A stretch of 63,716 nt of DNA, counting the filler, from Licmophora abbreviata (taxonomy: Eukaryota): NCBI GenBank assembly GCA_900291995.1. It is 9 parts of 9 records of this genome, joined end to end, with 100 filler letters (N's around TTAATTAATTAA, not from the genome) between each part and the next. Parts side by side here need not be neighbours in the genome. Positions count along the whole stretch, not along the records: positions 28,080 to 34,569 come from OLMU01001681.1; positions 34,670 to 48,599 come from OLMU01001682.1; 7 more parts are not named here. One strand, written 5' to 3'. The first letter of the stretch is position 1, and the number at the start of each line of letters is the position of its first letter. This document shows positions 33,626-48,699 of the stretch, one piece after another. The notes under the pieces are model-generated. The model did no database searches. It saw nothing but the letters and a program-made list of their open reading frames with translations, and had not been told where the DNA came from. Position numbers and translations under genes: made by a program.

Positions 33626-35572
33626 CTAAGCAGCGCCGCCGTCATCGTCGATTGCGCCTTCTTCGCCCGGCATGTTCTCAATTTCACCATCTGTCGTTCC
33701 GCCATTCGCACCAGCGACAATACCTGCGCCACCTGCCATGATTAAAGCCCCTGTGAGATTGATTCCACCACCGCCAATCTGCGTACCCTTACCAGCTGCC
33801 AGATCATTCAGCTGAGCATGAGCATCGTCGATGATAGCCTGAGCCTGGGCGGACAGCATTACATCGGCCATTGCGTCCGTACCCGTAGATTCTTCCTTTT
33901 CAGGAACGGAATTATCTTCTGTTTCGTTGGCATTCGTCTTTTCGACAACTGTCAACGTGTAGCCAGGCGTGTCGTCAAGGTCAACGAGATACAGCATGCC
34001 GACTGCTCGAAATACGACACCCGTCAAGGAGCTCTGCGTGGCGACTTGAATGGGAAGTGCGTGAACCAAGATGTGAAAGCCCACGCCGTTGATTAAGAAA
34101 CTCATGAGAAACCGAAACCAAACTCGCCAGTCGTCAGGAGAAAGCTGCTGGGTGCACACCTCATCCTTGACGGGATCATACCAAGTAACACTCGAACCAG
34201 TCCTCTTAGCCGAGATAAGGAGTTGAATCCAGAACGACGGGTTCTGCTCAGACTGTCCGAAAGACGTTTTGGGACCCTGAAGAGAAAGACACATTTGGTG
34301 AGGTTTAAGGAGGTGTTGATACTCTCAAATATCGCTTGAAGCTTACCAATAGAAAGACTGTGGGGCAAGAAAATGACAGACGCATGCAAAAAAGAGTCGG
34401 AAAAATGTATCTAGATGTCTCATGCAAGCACCCTAAAGCCTCCGTTCTACCCTGCCTCACTCGTTCGGTCGTCATTCACACACTTGTTGGTCACACGCAC
34501 CTGATGCCATAAATATTCCCAAGCAATAGAAACACCAACTGCCCAGCGTGCCAACGACAGGGCAACCTGNNNNNNNNNNNNNNNNNNNNNNNNNNNNNNN
34601 NNNNNNNNNNNNNTTAATTAATTAANNNNNNNNNNNNNNNNNNNNNNNNNNNNNNNNNNNNNNNNNNNNCGTAAAGATCGACGACCTGACGTCCCTTTGA
34701 TGAGAATACGATCCAATGGTTACACTCGCACCTTCTATCTACAAGAACCTACCACAAAAGCAATCAAAAGGATCTGGGTGACGAAAACCATAGTTACAAT
34801 GATTTTCCCCCGACTGACGTCTTCGTACACATTTGTGGGTCTGAGCTGAGTGGTCGGGTTACGAAGCTTGGATCTGATGTTTGACGATGCCAACATTAAA
34901 TGCTTGATCGAATCAGTCTCACCAAAGGCAGTGAGAACACGGAGACTGTCGCAGCTGGACTCGATGGCGAACCAACCAAGCATGACACTGAAAGTGAGTT
35001 CGTAGTTGTACTGAAGGCCACCCAGAAACAAGAAAGACTGGGACGCTAGCTTCGTGATGGTATAAAATGCATCATCGTTGTCGATGAAGGCAGAAATCAC
35101 TGCTCGGAAACGGACAGCGCGAGTAACTGCTCCCTTGCTGGTGTCGAGAGCTTTCGTGATCTTCCGGTATCTGGAGGGGAAGAGAAAGCAAAACAAGGAA
35201 TGAACCACCAGACAACAGACAAACGATGCACTATTAACTGGAACGAACAATGATACACGAGCAGAGCAGATGAAAGACGACAAAGCGATTACAGTGAGGG
35301 AAAAATGAAAATACGGACCTGAAAACATAGAGTACAAATCCAATGGCGGAGAATATACCACCAATCAAGAAGGCGATCCACTCGTCTGGGGCGGGCTCGT
35401 TGTAAATCCCATCAGTCTTGAACTCGATGCTCTCATAAACATGCGAAGCTCGCTCCGTCAAGTATCGGGCGGCGTCAACAATGGAATGGGGATTCGCCAT
35501 GATCGTGTCACGGACGGGCCAAGGGGTCGAATGAAAGCTTTGACCGAGAATGTCTGGATCTTGGTGAAACAT
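33626..35572 (-). CDS. Multi-pass membrane protein of unknown function, multi-exon, spanning gap 34570-34669
   Basis: Exons at about 35364-35572, 34750-35170, 34501-34569 and 33626-34278 with GT/AG boundaries; several TM segments; C-terminal motif VFRAVGMLYLVDLDD. Confidence 0.6.
34570..34669. other. Artificial scaffold spacer
   Basis: N44-TTAATTAATTAA-N44. Confidence 0.98.
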
Positions 35573-35957
35573 GAGATATCTTCCGGGACAAAGGCGGGCG
35601 TTCCAACCGGCGCACTCGCTTCTTCAATACATAAGTAAACACGTCACAAAACGGCTCTTGCGGGACTGACGAAGCAATCCCTACGCATCATCCAAGACTA
35701 AAAACGAGTGACAGACTGACTGACCTTCCAGTCAAATTCGAAAAAGAGCGCGTAGTGTATCGGTAAAATCATCCGCAACAGCATAACCTCGATGAACAGA
35801 GTTTCGTAGTCTGGTGACACTATAATGTGACGGCCGAACAAGCAACTGGATCTTTAACTGGATCAAATCGACAGTAGAACTCTATAGATTTTGAAAACTG
35901 AAACGACGACGTACCCACAGATTTGCAAAGCAAGAGAGTTTGGGACATCCTTTCCGG

Positions 35958-37037
35958 TCATCTCTTCTCCTTACAATGGTACTGATACCGAGGGAAGGGA
36001 CGCTGCTCCATGTCTGGACCCGGATACTTGTCGAGCAGCGCAAACGCTTCAGCGTTCGATCGTTCATACAGTGGGGCAAGCTTGTCCTGAATGGCGCATG
36101 ACGGTATCACTTCTTTCCACCAGTCGCCATGTTGACTATTCGTAGTTGGTAGAGTCATCCTACGCTCCATAGGTAGATCTAGAAACAGATGGATTCGTTC
36201 AAGAAAAGCCGTTTGGTTCGTGAGTAGCTCATCGAAGGAAAGTACGAGGATCTGCTTCCGATTGAACAACTCGAACCATCCCTTCAGGTACTTTCCGTAC
36301 AACCCGTGGTCGCCAGTGTAATTGAGAATCCGTGGGATAGACTTTCGTTCCGCATATTCTTCAAACGTATAGAAACTTCCGTCTTCCTTAACGATATCCT
36401 CTCGGTAAATTGTGTTCTTCGGTTTCATCATATTTCGCACGCGCATGTTATATTCTGACAACTCTCGACTCACGGGTTCCCTCAAGACAATCAAGACTCT
36501 CAAATCTCCTAGGGTTCCGTGATCTCTGTAAGTTTCGTACACTCGATCAGGATGCTCCACTGTTTTCGGCGACCCATCAACAACGATGGCATATTCCTCA
36601 CTGCAGTGACGAAATCGATCTCTGTAGTATTCTATGCCTTGTTCATAATTACTGCCGCCGTCAAAGAAATGAACTTCTTTGATTTTTCGATTAGACTGAC
36701 CTGGATGGGCACGGCGAGATATACACACATCACTGCGGCCTTCCAGGTAGGCAAAAATCGATGTAGTTCCTGCCTTTTGGGCTCCGGCCACTAACAGATT
36801 CGGAATTCTCGCTCTTCTTGATGACGGAGAACCCAAGTTCCCCACAAGAAGCGTCTTCACGGAAAATATTACTAGTCCAAAGACAACGCAAACGTAAACT
36901 ATTCTCGCTTGTTGTGATCGCGACCTCATCGTCAGTGGTCGCATCCTTCTTCGCCAGGTTGCTGTGCTTGAATGTGCGTGAGTTGGGCCTCCGCTCCCCG
37001 TTGATGCTTTCGGAATATCTCTTCTTCGTATCATCAT
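35958..37037 (-). CDS. Golgi-type sulfotransferase (heparan sulfate 3-O/N-sulfotransferase-like)
   Basis: TM anchor; 5'-PSB GAQKAGTTS, KEVHFFD, 3'-PB LREPVSRELS, GLYGKYLKGW. Confidence 0.85.
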   Translation of the reverse strand: MMIRRRDIPKASTGSGGPTHAHSSTATWRRRMRPLTMRSRSQQARIVYVCVVFGLVIFSVKTLLVGNLGSPSSRRARIPNLLVAGAQKAGTTSIFAYLEGRSDVCISRRAHPGQSNRKIKEVHFFDGGSNYEQGIEYYRDRFRHCSEEYAIVVDGSPKTVEHPDRVYETYRDHGTLGDLRVLIVLREPVSRELSEYNMRVRNMMKPKNTIYREDIVKEDGSFYTFEEYAERKSIPRILNYTGDHGLYGKYLKGWFELFNRKQILVLSFDELLTNQTAFLERIHLFLDLPMERRMTLPTTNSQHGDWWKEVIPSCAIQDKLAPLYERSNAEAFALLDKYPGPDMEQRPFPRYQYHCKEKR

Positions 37038-37534
37038 TCATCAATCAATGACGTTTCCCTTAACCAAGGGAAAAGCACAACGGAACAGCGCCCACGTCGG
37101 GTCAAATTGAGATAACAATCCGCAGCACAACTCCACAGGCCCAGTATTTGGTTTGTGGTCGCCGACGCTACAGCGCCGTATGATAGGACGCTGATGCTTC
37201 TTGTGTGTGAGTACTATAAAAAAATGCTGCGCGTCGTGAGACGAGTGCTGACGAGCGAGCGCGTCTTGATCTTGATGCGCGACGGCCAGAGGACTGTCCC
37301 TCGTCCGACAATCAATGAGGATGATGTGAAAGGCTCCACACATCAGATGACAGCCATCCGTTTTCATGGAACATTTCCGGTATTGTGCATCGCGCCCTTT
37401 TCAATCCTACGGAGTAGTATCCATCACACCGCGCTATCCTATCATACGCCGGGATACCGCTGACGATGAGAACATTCGACTCTCCTGAGAGCTGCCATTT
37501 CATCGCAGTCTTACCGCATCGACAGTCCTCCGCG

Positions 37535-38478
37535 ATGAGACTTGTTTTCTATTTCCTAATTGTCACCGCATCTAGGGTTTCCTCTTTTGTCGAGTTTCCT
37601 CGGAGACATCAACTGTCTCTCCACGGCCATGGCGGCAGTAAGCATCTACCGACACCGAGAACCGAGTTTCTGCTTCGATCGCAAAGCAGATTATGCGGCA
37701 AAAAGAGTCCTGGGAATATAGAACGAATCCCGAATGAGTTTTCTCGCACCTACCGCGCGGAGCGTGTCTTGGGAAACAGCCCGCGCCAAAGGGACTACGC
37801 CATTTCGATTGAAGCGACACAAGGGGAGAGAATAGCACTGGCAGAACGGTTCGGCTTGTCCAGTGTTGATAGCCTCGAAGCAGACGTTGGTTTGAGACGA
37901 GAATTACAAGGCAAAGGATCATCCAATCGAGGTAAGAACGGACAAAACTGTTTCGTTGTGAGATTATCAGCGCTCCTGTTCTTCGTCTTACGCGTGACAC
38001 GTTGTCGGTGTGATCGATAGTTCCTGGCGTTCAGGTGGAGGGAAAAGTGAGAGCAAAGGTGACACAGACGTGTGTCAGAACAAATGAGGACTTCGACGTC
38101 GATGTTGAGTTTGCTTTGTTTGCGGTCGTGAGGCCAGTGGCATCGATTTTTGACTCAGCTGTACGAGACGACGCCGACGATGACGACTTATCCGAGCTGG
38201 ATAATTACTTTGCAAATGAACGAAAACACGGGAGCAAGCGAAAGCAAAAATCCGTTCGCGCCCCAGAGCGCAATATTGACGAGATGGACATGTCTGAGCT
38301 GCAGCAGATATTGCAGGACTTTGACGTCGAGGACGATGTAATCGAAGACGAATCGATCTACTCTATGGACGGGGTGATAGACGTTGGGGAGCTCGTCAGC
38401 CAACTGTTTTGGTTGAATCTTGATCCTTACCCGAAGAAGCCAGGGACTGGTCCCATACAGGCGTCCATAACCGGCTAG
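37535..38478 (+). CDS. YceD/DUF177 family protein, plastid-targeted; intron 37932-38020
   Basis: Signal ending SS-F; NEFSR, IEAT..ERIALAERFGL, VEGKVRAKVTQTCVRT, IDVGELVSQLFWLNLDPYPKKPG. Confidence 0.8.
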
Positions 38479-38553
38479 TATTACTAGAGTGTAAGATTCA
38501 CAACGACTCGATACCGCAGTCTTATTTTTTAATCGAAGCGGCGTTGGTTCTGC

Positions 38554-41500
38554 TTAGCGTCGCCTGCGTTTGTTGCCTCCCCCAGAGCTTCCTCGACGAT
38601 TTCCCCGACGATCGTCATCGCCGACGTCGTCCGACTGCCGCTTGCGTCTATCATCTGCCATGGCCTCTCGTTCCATGTCTTCCCAATCCATGCCTTGCTC
38701 CTCAAGATCTTCGTCAGCATCAAAGTCTGACTCGTCCTCCGACTCAGAATCGAAGTCTTCCGATTCTTCCGATTCTTCCTCCTCCTGAGATATTGACGGG
38801 GTAGTCGCGCGTGAGAAATGTCCCTTACGCAAAGCACCAACGAGTCAAACCATGACGACACTTACCGATTGACCTCCAGCCTTCTCCTCGTCGAATTCCG
38901 AATCATCGTCTTCGTCCTCCTCTTCCTCTTCGTCGTCCTTGCCGAAAAGCCGGAGGAATTCCCATCCTGCCTCCTTCTCGGTGACCTCATCATCCTCTGT
39001 ATTCATGTAGAAACGATCGTCGCCCTGCACTGTTCCCATGATCTGTTTCCAGTTGAGGTTCATGGGGCCTTGCGTGTACGTGATCTCCATATCCGTGAGC
39101 CAATCCTGGGGGCAAACACAACACAAAAAATGTAAGAAGAGATACCGTCCAAAAGAAATTTCAAGCGCAGAATCCTCACCTGAATGCTGTCCTTGTCGCC
39201 ATTTGGGATCATGTCGATTCGCCACGTTGGCTTGGAGAAGTCCTTGTTGATTAGAACAATGTCAAACGCTTTGCTCATATACGTCACGCGCTCAAAGTGG
39301 ACATGATCGACGTCCGCAAGATCTACGACGAAGAATGGCGTTTCTGTAAGATTCACCAAACAGTTCAAGGTCGGCTGAATGAAAACCATTTCCTTGTGCG
39401 GAGTCCCATTGAAGCCAAGATCCCTGTACGGGACATCGAATTCGACAGTGTAGTTGTTCTTCTTCGCCACGGCGTCGACCTTCTTACAAAACTCCTTGAA
39501 CGCTTGGTTGAGTCTTTTTCGGAGCTGCCGCTCTCGTTGCTCGTCGTCCATCTCGTCAGGGTCGTACATGCTGCGTCGTCCCACGTCAACAGTCTGGCTG
39601 GCATCGACGACCTCTGTGAAGAACTGGATGTCCTTTTGCTTCTTCTTGCCGACCATGATTGGATTCTTTAAGTGAAAGTGAATAAGCACCATGATTTCGC
39701 TTTCGCATGGCTGATAGACGGCGTACTTGATATTGTTGTACATAATATCGACGATTTCGGATCGAGTTGAGATGAAGCGCAAGCCATTCGTGTGCGCTTC
39801 GAGGTTCCCTTGGGTCTTTCGTCCCGCAAAGACGGGACGCATCGTCAGGTCGGAAAGGCGAGGAACTCGTTCATTCCTCGTGCGAACGAGTTTTTCCTGT
39901 TCGACGAGGTTAGCCTCTTCTTGCTCACGTAGTTCCCTCGTGCGGGCGCGCTTCCGGAGCTCGGATATCTGGCGATACGCCTGCCACAATCCGAATAAGA
40001 AAAACAAAACGATTTGAGAAAAAGCGGAATCAAACACCCAGATTGAGCCAAGGATAAGCGTACCTGCGTCAAATTGTGACTATCGAGACTCCTGAACGTA
40101 AGCTCCCGAATGAAACAGGCGTAAGGGGCGTATTTCTGCACGAGTTTGGCGGTGTTTGCAGGCGCATCCTTCCCCACCGCCAATCCAGCAGTGTAGAAAT
40201 TAATGCGGAGGTACGTAGCAGCATCTGGATCGGGTAGCACCACATTTTTGATTGTACTAATGTGGAAAGGCACAGGGTTTCCGTTGATAGGAAGAATCAC
40301 CGCTTGATTTGCCATGTCAACCTTGACTTGATTTGGTTGCACATTGTCAGGGTAGTTCTTCGTTCGAGGGTACGTGTCGAGCTCTTCTGCCTTTTCCGAC
40401 TCGCCATCTTTGCCACGATTTCGCGCGTTGACTCTCGCCAATTCGCGAAGACGCTCCTCATTCCGTCGTGTCATCAGATCAATCTGGCGGTGCTCCCGCT
40501 CGACCACGCCTTCTTGTGCCTCGACTGCAGCGTCGGCGTCCTTCGCCAAACGAGCCGAGGTGCGCTGTCGCGTAGTCTCCTTGGACACCTTGCGCGCAAA
40601 TTCCTCGTCTCCGTCGGGAGCATCCGGAAGATCCTCCGGTTCATCATCATCTTCTTCGTCGTCTTCGTCATCGTTAATTGTGTACGAGATATCAGTGAGG
40701 TTCTTGTTAAGCTTCGTCATGACTTCGGCACCGTCCTTCGTCACCACTACCGTATCAGACAGCAGAAGCGCGTAGCTCGACAGCGATTTGACCTGGAAAT
40801 TGTAGTGGGTAGAGAGAGGTAAGATACATGTGCGTCAATTGCAGTCCCTCGATTCTGAACCCGATCGTCACTTACCGCACTCTTACTGCTGACGCTAGAC
40901 TTGGCGCTCTCGGGCAGGTCGACGTCATGAAAGCCCAAAATCAACGAGAAAACCATCCCCTTTCGAATCGTCGCTGGATTTTTGGACGATAGCAGTAGAT
41001 TACCATCGCGAAAGTCAAGGCCCATCGATCCCCCCAAGGTCTTTGGTAGCTTTCCCACCAAATGCTCGTTCCCCGACGAGTTCAGATAGTTGACGGCCGC
41101 CTTGTAGACTCCCTTGATTGGTCTTCCAGGCGTCATGGCTTTGAGGCATTCGTCCTGCAGAGCGAGTAGCGTCTCGTAGTTCTCATTCACGTGCTTGGGA
41201 GGATCGACAAGAAAGGTCCGAGCAATGTTGCTACAATACATTTTGTAGCGAGCTCCAAGCGACACCGTAATGATATCGTACTGCAGGTTTTCCTTCGTCG
41301 ACTGGGCAGACACCTTGATATCGTACTGGCCACCCGATTGAACAATTGGAAAGTAGCACGAGCTTACGTCTTCGGTAGGTATCTTCAACTTGATCGTTGA
41401 TGGATTTTCGATCATGGCGTCAATCTCAGTGGAGAGAGCTTCGTGGGTAATCTTGACTTCGGAGTCAATGATTTCTTCGACTCTGGGAATGCATCCATGT

Positions 41501-42228
41501 TTCATAATCTTGTTGCTCAGCACGGATGATTTCTTTAGTGTGTCAAGTTCGCCTTCATCTTTGACGGCCATGACGAGACTTATGCCAGTCAACGCGTCGA
41601 CGACTTCGACATTGTCAGCCGAATCCAGTTTCGCTTCCCACCCAGCCAAGAGACCTCCCCCTCCCTTGTTCGATTCACGCTCCTTCATGAGCACCCCAAC
41701 GCGGTGTGTATTTTCTTGTCCCGAAGACGTGGCCTCCTGGAGAAGCCGGTTGTAGTTTTCCGCATTGCCGTCGGTCTTATTGCGTAAGAGCAGGTTTATA
41801 CCCTTGATGGACGACGTCGTGGGGGCTTTGTCTACAGCCGACCGGAAAAAATCAATCTTCTTCTTGGTTCCCAAAATAAAGCAGTTTCCTTCCAGTGTGA
41901 GGAGTAGCACCGTATCAGGAAGCTCGTATCCAAAAAGATAGTGGTGCAACACGACGCTCTTGAGGTAGAGGTCGTCCTCGTTGAGCTTGCCGCGGTGCAA
42001 GCAAAGACACGTCGCATTGCCCCATACAGCCTCGGAACTTCTGTAAAATCAAAAACAGTTTGTTGTTTCGTAAACAGGACGGAGGGTTTGGTGAGGTGCG
42101 TGCCACTAGAAAGAAAGGAAAGTAAGTGAAATACAACGACAGTATCCTTCGTACCTGTGCTTGACAAAATGAGCATGGATCTTTCCGAGGCGGTCGTAGA
42201 ACCGATCCACGTTCAGTTCTGCTTCCAT
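38554..42228 (-). CDS. SPT16: FACT complex subunit SPT16, multi-exon
   Basis: YLFGYELPDT, YFPIVQSGG, GARYKMYCSNIARTFLVDP, PVPFHISTIKNV, LEAHTNGLRF, LIHFHLKNPIMVGKKK, HVHFERV, acidic tail GMDWEDMEREA. Confidence 0.96.
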
Positions 42229-42542
42229 TTTTTTCACTCGTTTGGACGATAATTCGATCCGACGGCTTCGAAGCAGCAGGAAACGGTGTAGGGGAATAGA
42301 CGAACGCAGAAACTACAGCTTGTTTCGACACCAACGATCACGGAGAAGAGAGAGGCATTCGTAGTGGCTGAACTCACGACGCAGCAATGCGCCTCTCATC
42401 GCGACATGTTTGGCGTGCTCGCGCGGCGCGCCAAATTTTTTGAAGGGCGACGGCAGGACCGAACTGCTGAGAGCCCTTCATTCTCCTGCGCGCGAAAAAG
42501 AACAAAACGACACATCACATTGCGCACACACGGATGCCGACC

Positions 42543-45500
42543 ATGGCGGCCGCTGGTAAGAAGGCCGCGGCAAGGTCAGATTTCAAGCATATCAAAGCCA
42601 AAGTCGGACGGAGAGCACCGAAACCTGCCAATGTCACAGACACTGCATTCAAGGCTGCATCGCTGGCAGTTCGGGCTCAGTCGATCCAGGCCCAAAATGA
42701 TGGCAATGCATCCGCTGCGACTACTCGAGCCGACAGTCGACTATCTTCGCTCCAATTGTTTTCTTCTCGAGGATTATCGCTGAATCAGCTTACAACGCAG
42801 CTGCAGCATCCTGCTGCTGCTGTACGGCTTTCGGCAGTGCGGGGTCTTGCCGACGTTGTGAGAAATTCGGATGTGCTTTTTCTCGAAGCGCACCTTTCTG
42901 CCTTGATTCCGGCAGTGGCCAAGTCTGTGGTGGACGAGGACGACAGTGTTAGACCGCTGGGTCTAAGCGTTCTAAACGATTTGCTCCGATCATGCAGGGA
43001 AAGTGTAACTGGGCCGTTTGTTCCGCTCATGACCGCCTACGTTACGTCGGCACTCCATAGTCTGGATAGAGCCACACGATTTGATGGAGGACGAGCCGTC
43101 GACATTATCAGCACTGCAATCCCATCCGCGATCGCACCACATGCTTCCAAAATTTTCCCTGCATATGTCAATCTACTCTCCGATCACGCCTCGACTCGGG
43201 GCCGGCGATCCGTCACCGACACAGGCGTTTCCAAGGAACGAAAGAAACGACGGAAAACGGGACGTGAGTCAAGTGACAGCCCCAACTGTGTCCTCCGGTC
43301 CCTATCATCGCTGCTGCAGGCAATTCCTGGTGATCTAGATGAAACAGATATGATACCGAGCGGTCGCGAGATGGATGGGGCGCTTGATCTCGTCTTTGAT
43401 GTGACAGGGCGGAAAAACAACGGATTGTTCGTTTCTGGTTTGGGCGACTCACAGCACGTTGCTGTGCCAGCTGGATTAGAAGCAATCGCTGCAGTCTACC
43501 GAAATGAGCAAAGCTCACCAACCGCAGCAGCCAATAGAGGATCGGCAACAGCGCTTGAGATAGAGGTTACTCGCGATCTCCTGTCAAAACTTCGGGACAG
43601 TTTGGTCGAAGTGTCGCAGCGAGGGCACAACAATGAATCGCGCGGACTCATGGTATCGTCGGTTAGCGAAGAGGATGAATTTGCGCTGATCATTGCCTGC
43701 ATCGAAGGTGTCTGGCGATGCTACACCTCTAATTCTCAATTCTCTACACTTCAATGCCCAGGACAAAAGACATTACAGTTGCGAAAGATCGCTTTGAACG
43801 TGATGTCCCTCTTGCTTGAATCTTTCCCTGTTCAACGAAAAGTTGTAACATCCGACAGTGCACCAGCAATTGATACTCTGAATGCCAAGCTTTGTGTTAT
43901 CATCATGAAAATGGGAGGCTCAACGCTTCTTGCTTCCGACTCCTTGACCTGGATAGATCAGATATTAGAATATGCCACTCCTCGACTGCAGGACGATACC
44001 GCTCGAAAATCTGCTATCGGCACGGGCGTGGCGACTTCGGATATCACCCGCATCGCATCAAGAGGAACCTCTGGAAGTATTGTAGATGTCATATCCCAAC
44101 TTCTGCTGCTACAACGCGAACCCAACGAATTTACATTGAGCAAGAATCGTCGGCGATCGATACTCAAGAGAGTGCGTGATGCTTACTTCTCCTTCGAGAG
44201 TTTGGATGAGGGTAGAGAGGTTGCGAGATCGATGGCGGGCAGAAAGGCTGTGTGGCTACTTGCCAACCTGCTTTTTTACAACGAGTACAGCATCTTCTCG
44301 GATGACAAGGAGTCTCTAGCGCCAAGTCTCCGTCGTATGGTGAAAAATTTGCCGATCTACCTACGTGCATGGGGGCATGACTTTCCGACTGACACCTCCA
44401 TGGTGATTTCCGTTCTCAACGAGGTTGTACGTCGGTGGAGCGTCGAGAGATCGGCAACTCTTGACCTTGCTAATCACATCCGAGACTCCATGAGCCCGCT
44501 CTTTCTTTCGCAAATTCAATTAAAGAAAGGAAAACGTACCAAGAATGGAACTGGTGCATCCTTCCCGTATTCAATCTTTGAGCGGTACCCTGAACTCTCT
44601 CAGCGGAAGCTAGTCGGTCTCATGACCCTGTTGCCAGCACCTGCAGTCGACACAGTCAACGGTCTGAGTGCGACTTGTGCTAATAAGGCGACACCGCAGA
44701 GCCTAGTGAATTACATATTGCAGTCAATACACTCAGTGCGAAGAACACTGTCAATGCAGACTTACTTGGGGTTTGTTATCAACAGCGTCGTGCTTGAAGA
44801 CGGCATCGACCATGACGATGTCGATCGAATAGCGACTCCGCGCCATGTTACCTCTATCCAAAGTGCAACCAGGTATCTGATTCTCTGTGGTAGCCAGAAG
44901 GTCCTTCCCATGGTTGGGCCGGTGCTGGAGCAATGGATGGATTGGGGCAGCGACAACTGGTCAGCTCCTGTATCAGCGAAACAAGTTATGCGCATTCGCG
45001 CAGGATCGTGCATCAGCGTAGCTATGATTCGCGATGTTCAGACGTCGTATAGTGACGAAGGGGCACTGATGCCTTCAAGCTATGAGGTCGCGCCCAGCAT
45101 TACGGCGAAACTCACTCTGCTTGCCACAAGCATATTCGCGACTCGCAGAGCCTGGGACGCGAAAGACGGAGACGACGAGTCGTCCAAGACTTACGAAGAG
45201 ATCTTGCACCCCGTCATGGTACGCAAGATTTCGTTTCCATCGCCTTATTTTTTTTGACTGATCACGCTGACTATGAACTGTTTTTTCTTTCATGTCCACT
45301 CTTAGGTCTTGATGCGAAGCGATCAGACTCTGGCGATTGCTGTGATCAAACAGGCAACGCACCGCATCTGCGACCCGTCGGAAGATTCTTCCCGAAGGTC
45401 AAACATTCTGACGGCTCTGCAGCACTTGATTCATGATGATCGAGTGAGGAATGTCTTGAGGAAGTGCACGAAGGAAATATCCGCATGCTGTGACTCCATG

Positions 45501-45623
45501 GATAGGTCAGCTAGCGAAGATTCGGTTCGACATCAGGTGTCCGAGCTGCGAGCCAGTTCGCGGCTTCTGTTTGGGAACGGAATGTCTCAAGGAGACGAGA
45601 GGGTATCCCTATCAATCCCTTAG
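42543..45623 (+). CDS. TEX10: TEX10/Ipi1 rixosome subunit; intron 45219-45305
   Basis: N-terminal DFKHIKAKVGRRAPKPANVTDTAFKA, LQHPAAAVRLSAVRGL, PFVPLMTAYVTSALHSL (Ipi1_N). Confidence 0.8.
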
Positions 45624-45845
45624 ATGCGAGTTTGTTCGAGGCCATTAGACAAGAAGCAACTATTACCCCGAACAATGCAGCCTTAGTGCCTATGATGTCT
45701 ATCATATTAGATATGCACCGTCAACGTCTGCGTATTTTAGTTCAGAGCTGTCGTAGTGACATTTCTACTTATGGTACGATATTGATCCCCAAACCCGCGA
45801 CAGAAAACCTGATGACTGCATCAGTGTGATGACGATCAACCGACC

Positions 45846-46778
45846 ATGAGTAGCGGTGCCGGTCCCAGCGCTACAGGGACCTCGGTCGAGGCCGAAACGC
45901 CAGGAGAAGCTGCCCTATTAGTATCGGAATTTCCGCCCCCTCCATTCTATTACCGGAAAGTCTCATCATTGACACCGCCGAAGATTCCGGACGACGCACT
46001 AGAACGGGGGACCGAACGCGCAGCCGCTGCGACAAGGAAAGCAAAGGCTGAGGCGGAACGTCTTCGTTTGCAATCAGACGACGCGGATAAGACAGATGAA
46101 ATTTTGGGAGGTGAACCAATACAAGACGAGGCAGAGGGTGATGTAGTCGCCGTATTTGGCGAAGTCGTCGAGGTGCGCGCATTCTCGTTTCGCGGGTGTC
46201 CTCATCACGGAAGGGTTTGTATGTCCATTATCTCACTCGCTAATTCTGTTTGAACACAACAGGATCCGTTGTTGTTCAAGATAGATGATCCATGCAATGA
46301 CCCGACACTGATCCGAGACGAAATTAAACGGTACGTTGCCGCTAGGGGGACTCATGCTTACGATCTTCTTTGTACATTGCTGACGAGATTCGTGTGACTG
46401 CTGGAAAAGACTGAATAGAGAGTCGTTGGCGAGGTTTGTCAAGCTAGTGGAAGAGCTTGTTCACAGACCTTTGGAAAACAAGTAAGTAGAAAGCGATGGA
46501 TATTTTGCTATGATTCTCTGCTTGGTAACAAATTCGCCCCGCCCTTCGCTGTGCTAAATCAATGCCTTTATTGCACCTACAGGAAGAAGCGAGATGAGCT
46601 GGCGCATAACGTGTTTCTTATGTTACAAGAAAGCAACAAATTTAGGGAACACCAAGCGCGGGAGGTGCTCATTTCATTGTTAGAAAAGCAGCTAGAGGAG
46701 CGAAGGTGCATATTGGCGGGTCTCCAGCACCAAACATCGGAGGCCGCCGAACTACTGGAAACTTCCAGAAACCTTTAG
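45846..46778 (+). CDS. MED7: Mediator subunit 7, multi-exon
   Basis: SEFPPPPFYY, VFGE, NKFREHQAREVLISLLEKQLEER; GT-AG introns near 46173-46262, 46332-46410 and 46482-46582. Confidence 0.85.
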
Positions 46779-47090
46779 TCATGACATGACATAAGCCAGC
46801 GCAAGTAGACAAGTAGAAATACAAGCTATCTGCTACCATTGGATCTCCAACGAACCATGAGCTTCACCTGTTTCATATTCCTCGCGTCGCGTCTCATTTT
46901 GATCGAGTTCCATCCTTCTCATCATGTCGCATTGAAAACGAAGAAGTTTGAAATTCCAGATTCCTGATATCTTTCAAGTTGAAGTTTGGCCATCGGCACA
47001 TCAAACTTTGCCTCCGCGTGTCGCATCACCGTAGCAAGGTCTTTCTTCTTTTCTCATCACTGTGTTCTCGTTTGTGCGTTTGGGTCCACG

Positions 47091-48478
<1,388 letters not shown>

Positions 48479-48599
48479 GTCGACAAGTACCGGGTAGAAC
48501 GAGAATGGGCGCGATCATATTTGCAGCAGTGCAGAAGAATAAGCCTTGGTTTACATGTCATGTTGCTTTTTTAAAGAAGTTCCTACATATGATTAAAGA

Positions 48600-48699
48600 N
48601 NNNNNNNNNNNNNNNNNNNNNNNNNNNNNNNNNNNNNNNNNNNTTAATTAATTAANNNNNNNNNNNNNNNNNNNNNNNNNNNNNNNNNNNNNNNNNNNN
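48600..48699. other. Artificial scaffold spacer
   Basis: N44-TTAATTAATTAA-N44. Confidence 0.98.
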
